Source: Saccharolobus solfataricus (lineage in GTDB: Archaea > Thermoproteota > Thermoprotei_A > Sulfolobales > Sulfolobaceae). Taken from it: DNA of 32,000 nt. Shown here piece after piece: positions 26,352 through 32,000 of the stretch (position 1 is its first letter; each line of letters begins with the position of its first letter). Below the pieces are notes generated by a model. The model worked only from the letters and a program-made list of their open reading frames with translations. It ran no database searches and was not told the origin of the DNA. Location of the stretch: the NCBI RefSeq assembly GCF_900079115.1, contig NZ_LT549890.1, positions 1,980,001-2,012,000 of the forward strand. The letters are read 5' to 3'. The position numbers and the translations under genes were made by a program.

Positions 26352-27092
26352 GAGAGAGTGTCTAAGCGCAAATAATTGAATAAATATATGTTCAGTTTTA
26401 TAAATAATTATTCAGAAGAGAAGATAAAACAGTGCAAAGTGTTAAATTTTCTCTTGAAGTAAAACTAGGAAGTAATACTTAAGGGAGACCGGGACGATAT
26501 AATACCGAGACACATGAAACCATGGATAAAGTACTACACCGGCCCGTCCCCTATGAAAACTTAGCTTCAAGACATAAAACTCTTGTGAAAATAAACTACC
26601 TACTAATCACGCCAACTATCCTCTTACGCCTCCCCAATCTCTACGTACTAAAAGCGTTAATAGTAATGGTAGTATGGACTTGTTCATACAGGGACGTGGG
26701 AGCTATTATCAGACAGACGTAGTAGTAAGGTGGTTTCTAGGAGAACGCAAGTCAAAGTCCGAAATTCATAGGAAGGCAAAGAAACTTAAGGGAGAGTTCC
26801 TGTTCAAGGAGTACGCAAAGGAACTGGAGAAGAAGATGAGCACACTAACTGATTACTTACCAGGTAGCGCATTGTATGGTAAGGTGGGGAAGCTGTGGAC
26901 TGTTGACTCTTTACTGAATCAGGGGTTAATAAGGATAGTGTAGGGTATACCAAAAATTCTGTTTTTCTCCATACTTGAATATTTTCTATTATAATATAAA
27001 ATTAATCTTTCGTTGTATTGAAAAATATAATTATATTTCTCTTCTATTATTATTATTCAATTATTTCCGTCTGAGACACCATCTTAAGTATT
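26352..27092 (+). mobile_element. internally deleted, AT-rich relative of the IS5-family element at 12981-14209
   Basis: Left end gagagagtgtctaagcgcaaataattgaat versus right end caattatttccgtctgagacac (imperfect IR), similar to gagagtgtccggaatgtaaaaaattgaat of the 1229-bp IS. ORF pieces 26522-26722 and 26674-26943 are a frameshifted homologue of the transposase N-terminus (LKALIVMVVWTCSYRD / VVVRWFLGERKSKSEIH / WTVDSLL), ending after the first D. Confidence 0.6.
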
Positions 27093-27097
27093 TTTAT

Positions 27098-28240
27098 CTA
27101 GCTTTTTAGAAAAAATGACAATAAACCAGCTATGAGCTCAATTATAACCACTATTATGACTCCCTCAATTATAGTCGAATTATTACTAAATAATACCCCA
27201 ACTGTTTCTGGAATTACTGAGACTCCAACATTTGTTATTACACTATACATGGAAGTGGCGAAACCAGCCTTTGCAGGATCATTAACGTATAGAGTTGTTG
27301 AAGCCATAGCCATTGACCAATAGGCATTTCCAAAGAACCCAAATAGGAAATACCCTATCGCTATTAGGGGGAAATTAATAGTAAAGGAAAGGGATAATAC
27401 TGTTATAACCGCTGAGAGAGATGTAAGCAAACCAACCGATATCAGACCTAACCTTAACCTATTTTCCAGTAGGGATGGCAATATTATAGCACCAAGCCCA
27501 GAACCTAGGAAACTAAGCCCAGTTAAGAACCCTCCCATACTCACTGCTAATAAAGTAATTATACCATGAATTTGCAAAACTATTGATGCAATACTGCCAA
27601 GAGTTACTGAGATCGATGCAACAGCCAATCCGACGTACCAATTCTTTACCATTCCTAGATTGAAACTACCTTTAAGAGATCTTTCATAATGAGCAGGATA
27701 GCTCCTCAAAGATGGGATAATTAAAATCATAGCGATTAAAGCTAAAATCGCATTAAGCATTAATGTTCCTCTTAAGCCTATAAAGGAAAGTATTGACGGA
27801 CTGATAAACGAGCCTAGAGCCATTCCAATAAATAAAATGCCAACGCTTATACCGACAACAGTATTAGCATTTCCTTTGAAAACTGATTTAGCAATACTGC
27901 CAACTGGAGCTACTGCTAAGGGATAAGCTAATGATGCGATTATGGCGAAAAGAAAGAAGGTTCCAAAGCCATTGGACACTGCCCTACCTAAAAGTCCTAT
28001 AAACGATAGGAGAGATGAGAGTAATAAAACACTTCTAGTGGTGAACTTGGCTGATAGAAAACCCGCTAACAAACCTAAAATAGCCATACTATACCCGTAA
28101 GCTGATATGATAAAAAGGATTGAACTTAAGGGTACATTAAAGGTGTACTCTAGAACAGGTACCAAGGGTGCTAAAGAAAACCATCCAAAGCCTATGGTGA
28201 ATATAAGTAACCAATACGGTAAAATCCTTGTTTCCATCAC
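27098..28240 (-). CDS. major facilitator superfamily transporter
   Basis: 380 aa with about 12 hydrophobic helices in two halves. Confidence 0.8.
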   Translation of the reverse strand: MMETRILPYWLLIFTIGFGWFSLAPLVPVLEYTFNVPLSSILFIISAYGYSMAILGLLAGFLSAKFTTRSVLLLSSLLSFIGLLGRAVSNGFGTFFLFAIIASLAYPLAVAPVGSIAKSVFKGNANTVVGISVGILFIGMALGSFISPSILSFIGLRGTLMLNAILALIAMILIIPSLRSYPAHYERSLKGSFNLGMVKNWYVGLAVASISVTLGSIASIVLQIHGIITLLAVSMGGFLTGLSFLGSGLGAIILPSLLENRLRLGLISVGLLTSLSAVITVLSLSFTINFPLIAIGYFLFGFFGNAYWSMAMASTTLYVNDPAKAGFATSMYSVITNVGVSVIPETVGVLFSNNSTIIEGVIIVVIIELIAGLLSFFLKS

Positions 28241-28352
28241 CTCAAATATTAGGAGTAAGTAAAAAAGCCTTACTATTATTATGTAGTGATCATATGATTT
28301 TGACGTAGTTTAAAGATTTTCATCAGTCCCACTATCCCTCCTAAACGCCTTT

Positions 28353-29791
28353 CAGTGGTGTTTCACCAATTTTACTCAAAATGATACAATTTCTATGGAA
28401 GAGAAAAATATCAGAGCGGAGTTAGAAAAATCGGCTTATTTCAACACAAGAAGCAAAAAATTTTCATATTTGTTGAAGAAACTAACAGAAAACGAGTTTA
28501 TATATAAAGAGTAATACCATTTGTCTAGTATTATCAATAGAGGAAAGTAGGTGGAAGGACGAGATGAACAAGAAAAGGTTAAAGCGAGGGACTCCATAAC
28601 TCCGTTATGCAAACCATACAAGTATCCAAAACGGAGCTGAAGTCCCTCGCTATAAATTTAGCAACAAACAATATTAACGTTATCTCTCAAGATCTAGACC
28701 CGGAAATAGTGAAAGCAGCACCATCCTTGCTAACCGGAAACAGAGGAAAATACTACTTGAAGGTAGTAAGACGAGGCGAGAAAGTAATTAGTAAAGGTCA
28801 GAGAACCTTCAAGTTCTACCCAATCTACAGAGAAGTAAAGGGAGAGATCAACGTAGTCGCTGTAGATGAGACCGGATTAACCGTGGGAGAAAAGGAACAA
28901 GAAAAAGCAGAGGGCTTTCTACTCTACAACTGGAAGAGAAAAGGAGTAAAGATGAGATCCTTGGACCTCGTATATCCCTTAAGGTTACCCCTCCTAGTGG
29001 AGGTAGCAGATTTGAGAAGCGACAGTCCATCACAGTTCCTACTCAGGAGCGTGAGGGAAGTAAGCCAATACATGGAAATAGATTACGTTGTAGCTGACGC
29101 CGGATTCTTGAACCTAGGGGTCATCAAGGAAATGCCCGTGAAGACCATTGTGAGAGGAAAGTCGAACTTGAAGGGATTCAAGGAACTATCTAACGTTCCA
29201 TTAGTTGAGAAGAGATACGAGGTTAAGGACAAGGTTTACGTTGCGTATAGGGTCTTGGAATTTGAAGGGCTTTATTATTACGATGTGGTTTACGTTAAGG
29301 GAAAGCCGAGGCACTTCATGTTCGTAACGAACTTCGAGGGAGATCCCTATGAACTGGCTGAACTCTATAGGTTGAGGTGGCAGGTTGAGGAGGGTTTTAA
29401 GGTTAGGAAGGCAAGGATAAGGTATGTTAGGAAGTTGAGTAATAAGATCTTCTTGTTCCTCTATTATACGGTTCTGGATTCTGCGTGGAATCTAGTGAAT
29501 CATCTTCTCTTTAACTTCAAGTCCACGTGTAAGAAGGTTTTGTCCTTCGATTCATTCGTCAAGCTTCTCTAACTTTCTCGGTGTTCAGAGGAGACTATGC
29601 ACGTCGTTTTCACCACGTGAGAAAAATTCAGAATTCTCCTCTTATTATTAGAATTGTACGCTATATTTTTTGCAAATTATTTTAACATGTTATGTTTCAT
29701 AATAATTTTATTGTTTTTCTCTATATCAATCTCTTTTTGAAAGTGCTAATATTATATCTTTCAAATGAAATAATTTGGTGAAACACCACTG
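28353..29791 (+). mobile_element. insertion sequence of exactly 1439 bp (fits ISC1439 of S. solfataricus; name from recollection)
   Basis: Perfect 17-bp terminal IR cagtggtgtttcaccaa (28353-28369) / ttggtgaaacaccactg (29775-29791). 9-bp direct repeat aacgccttt at 28344-28352 and 29792-29800. Confidence 0.85.
28607..29572 (+). CDS. DDE transposase of the 1439-bp IS
   Basis: 321 aa. VVADAGFLNLGVIKE (second D region) and YRLRWQVEEGFKVRK (the YREK-like E region typical of IS4-related transposases). Confidence 0.85.
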   Translation: MQTIQVSKTELKSLAINLATNNINVISQDLDPEIVKAAPSLLTGNRGKYYLKVVRRGEKVISKGQRTFKFYPIYREVKGEINVVAVDETGLTVGEKEQEKAEGFLLYNWKRKGVKMRSLDLVYPLRLPLLVEVADLRSDSPSQFLLRSVREVSQYMEIDYVVADAGFLNLGVIKEMPVKTIVRGKSNLKGFKELSNVPLVEKRYEVKDKVYVAYRVLEFEGLYYYDVVYVKGKPRHFMFVTNFEGDPYELAELYRLRWQVEEGFKVRKARIRYVRKLSNKIFLFLYYTVLDSAWNLVNHLLFNFKSTCKKVLSFDSFVKLL

Positions 29792-30111
29792 AACGCCTTT
29801 CAACAAACCTCAATAGCTCCCTGACGTTACTTAGATTAAGGAAGACCAATAGCTATCTCACTACATTGATGAGCACGATGAAGAAGAGTAAATGACCTAC
29901 TATATTATGTAGCCGTAGAACTGTGCTCTTAAAAAATTAAGTATAAGTTAAAGGGAATGGAGATCTTAACTAATTTCACTACTTAGGTTATATAGAGTGA
30001 GGGATTTTTGGACATAAAAGCACTGACAGTTTACTACTGTGTAAGTATTTGTGGTAGATATTCTGCTGAATTCACGTAAAATATTTAATGGTTTCTCGCT
30101 AATATTTAGTA

Positions 30112-30921
30112 ATGATAGATTTTCATTTTCATGCTCCAGTTAAAGAGTTTTTAGATTTTTTGGGAGAATTTGGTGAACCTGCAATTAAATACTTTAATGC
30201 AAAGGTGGAAGTTAAAGGCTTAAAGGAGACCTTAGACTATTACGAGTCTTTTGGAATAAAAAGATTTGTCGTATTACCAATAGATTCCACAACGTTTTTA
30301 GGTAGAAGGATTCCAAACCAAGTTATTAACTTGGATGATCGTATCGTGAAATTTATTTCCGTAGACCCATCAAAACCGAACGCTGATGAGGAACTAAAGA
30401 GGTCAATAAAGGAATTTGAGCCAGTAGGTGTTAAGCTACATCCCCAATTGCAAGGTTTTCATCCATTAGATGAAAGAGCGTTAAAAATTTACGAGATAAT
30501 TGATAACCACGGACTAATAGTTGTCTTTCATACCGGTACATCTGGTATTGGGGCTGGTGTAAAATCCAGTATTAGATTAGACTATGGTAGGCCAATATAT
30601 TTTGATGAAATAGCAGTGAGGTTTCAAAACATGAAAATCATATTAGCTCATTTCGGGTGGCCGTGGACTGAAGAGGCAATTGCGATAGCTTTACACAAAC
30701 CTAACGTTTATTTAGATCTATCAGGCTGGGCTCCAAGATATATTCCACAAGTAATTTGGAGTAATGCGAAAAGACTTAGCGATAAATTATTGTTTGGCTC
30801 AGATTTTCCTCTAATTAGGCCGGAACGTTGGTTAGAAGAGTTTAAGAGTGTAAATTTAAGTCAAGATATCAAGGATAAGATACTGAAACATAACGCCGAA
30901 AAACTTGTCAAGAAGAGTTGA
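30112..30921 (+). CDS. metal-dependent amidohydrolase (Amidohydro_2 / TIM-barrel family)
   Basis: 269 aa. N-terminal MIDFHFH (HxH), later VKLHPQLQGF, ILAHFGWPW and LFGSDFP, the pattern of the amidohydrolase-2 family. Confidence 0.8.
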   Translation: MIDFHFHAPVKEFLDFLGEFGEPAIKYFNAKVEVKGLKETLDYYESFGIKRFVVLPIDSTTFLGRRIPNQVINLDDRIVKFISVDPSKPNADEELKRSIKEFEPVGVKLHPQLQGFHPLDERALKIYEIIDNHGLIVVFHTGTSGIGAGVKSSIRLDYGRPIYFDEIAVRFQNMKIILAHFGWPWTEEAIAIALHKPNVYLDLSGWAPRYIPQVIWSNAKRLSDKLLFGSDFPLIRPERWLEEFKSVNLSQDIKDKILKHNAEKLVKKS

Positions 30922-30982
30922 TTTTCATTTATCTCAAAATAAAAATTACTAAAAATGATTTGAGATAAAAAAAAGTAATAAC

Positions 30983-32000
30983 TTAAGCTATTTCTTCTGC
31001 TCTTATGTTACTTACTGGTCTCCAGCCAGCGCCATAAGCTATTGCGGTCCCAATTAGTCCTATGGCTAAATTAATTAGAGTTGATAGTACTCCTATGTAC
31101 ATTGGTCCTAACGGTGTTATGAAGGATGAGGTTTTTAATGGTCCGAAGTGATTAGCCAATAACGTTAGATATATCCCGCTGAACATACCTCCCGCCCAAC
31201 CTCCTACTAACGCATAACCGTTGAGTTTGCTAGTGTAAAGTCCTAGGAATACTGAAGGCAAGGTTTGTAGAATGATTATACCTCCCAATAATTGCAGCTG
31301 TATGGCGTATGTTGAGGGTGTGGCAAATACTAGAGCTAAAGCCAAAAATTTAAACGCGGTAGATATCCATTTAGCTAAGGCTGATTCAGTACTAGGAGAC
31401 ATATTAGGTTTAAACTCCTTTATTATGTTCCTTGTGAGTAAATTAGCTGCTCCAATTGCCATTATAGCTGCGGGGACTAATCCCCCTATGAAAATTCCTA
31501 ACAATGCTATCCCAACAAACCAATCTGGCATTGAATAGCCTATTAGAGCAGGGACAGCTACTGCACCGGAGTGTGTTTTAGCAATAAAATTAACCACTTT
31601 AGAATTAGCGTAGACTAGAATTCCAAACAAGGCTATAACAGCTAATATGATAGAATAGAAGGGTTGTAATGCTAGTGATAATTTAAGGGATTTCTTAGAA
31701 TCTGAACTCACGCTTGCATTAACCGCGTGGGGATATAGATAGAGGGCAAATGCGCTCCCGATAGCTAAAGAAATATAAGCAGTTCGCGCAGCTAGGGTGT
31801 TAGGTAAATAGTTGTAGAAAATTGGCTTATTAACGTTATTTAACGCTAAGTTAATCTGGGAGCTTAACGTTTGGGCATTATGAAATGCACCAGAAAATCC
31901 TCCAAAGGCCAGTGGAACGTAGATCGCAATACTTATTATTGTACCTAAAATTATGATGTCCTTATATACTGCAGTTAGCGCAGCTCCCCTTAGTCCACTT
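30983..32000 (-). CDS. sodium:solute symporter-family permease, C-terminal part (5' end outside the window)
   Basis: I checked the minus-strand frame codon by codon from 31712 to 31999 and found no stop (..GAALTAVYKDIIILGTIISIAIYVPLAFGGFSGAFHNAQ..YPHAVNAS-VSSDSKK..). The ORF-track start at 31711 is an internal GTG. Polytopic hydrophobic sequence. Confidence 0.75.
   Translation of the reverse strand, partial: SGLRGAALTAVYKDIIILGTIISIAIYVPLAFGGFSGAFHNAQTLSSQINLALNNVNKPIFYNYLPNTLAARTAYISLAIGSAFALYLYPHAVNASVSSDSKKSLKLSLALQPFYSIILAVIALFGILVYANSKVVNFIAKTHSGAVAVPALIGYSMPDWFVGIALLGIFIGGLVPAAIMAIGAANLLTRNIIKEFKPNMSPSTESALAKWISTAFKFLALALVFATPSTYAIQLQLLGGIIILQTLPSVFLGLYTSKLNGYALVGGWAGGMFSGIYLTLLANHFGPLKTSSFITPLGPMYIGVLSTLINLAIGLIGTAIAYGAGWRPVSNIRAEEIA

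Noticed and set aside
97-31538. Other short ORFs antisense to or nested in long genes: 97-312, 629-862, 2052-2234, 3845-4063, 10452-10673, 10949-11131, 14656-14925, 16421-16606, 18683-18883, 21201-21476, 27132-27323, 28436-28621, 28848-29033 and 31272-31538.
   Set aside because: Each is fully or largely contained in a longer, motif-supported CDS or mobile element on the other strand or frame, and none has a recognisable family signature.
1-32000. Looked for CRISPR arrays, tRNA and rRNA genes.
   Set aside because: No regularly spaced direct repeats were seen. No tRNA-like T-arm or acceptor signatures and no rRNA-like conserved blocks were recognised by eye. A tRNAscan/Infernal run would be needed to be certain.

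Overview
AT-rich Sulfolobaceae chromosome. From recollection of the treX/treY proteins and the ISC-type insertion sequences it looks like Saccharolobus (Sulfolobus) solfataricus; this was not verified by any search. Bases 1-11500 are mostly core genes: the trehalose-from-glycogen cluster treZ (partial)-treX-treY, a vapBC pair, tricorn protease and a RibD-C-type reductase. Bases 11500-30000 are a heavily rearranged accessory zone. It holds three full-length IS elements: a 1229-bp IS5-family element with a strikingly GC-rich transposase ORF, a frameshifted 1217-bp element, and a 1439-bp element with perfect IRs and a 9-bp TSD. It also holds one internally deleted IS relative, three MITE-like elements, a gene split by an IS with signs of gene conversion, an archaeal AAA ATPase with a perfect palindrome on its promoter, a Cys-rich small ORF, a PaREP1 gene and an MFS transporter. 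The window ends with an amidohydrolase and a partial Na+/solute symporter. The most interesting locus is 19.4-21.9 kb. There a 54-codon SpoVT/AbrB-like ORF missing from the ORF track, a TnpB-like RuvC protein that lacks the usual zinc finger, and a HEPN-MNT pair are packed with overlapping boundaries. They are bracketed by inverted copies of a GC-rich, stem-rich repeat. Other copies of that repeat family occur at 5.9-6.2 kb (with its own TATA box and oligo-T) and 26.2 kb. A 34-nt double-hairpin motif marks a sharp similarity boundary at three sites. No rRNA, tRNA or CRISPR array was recognised. All identities and alignments were judged by eye and nothing was computed.
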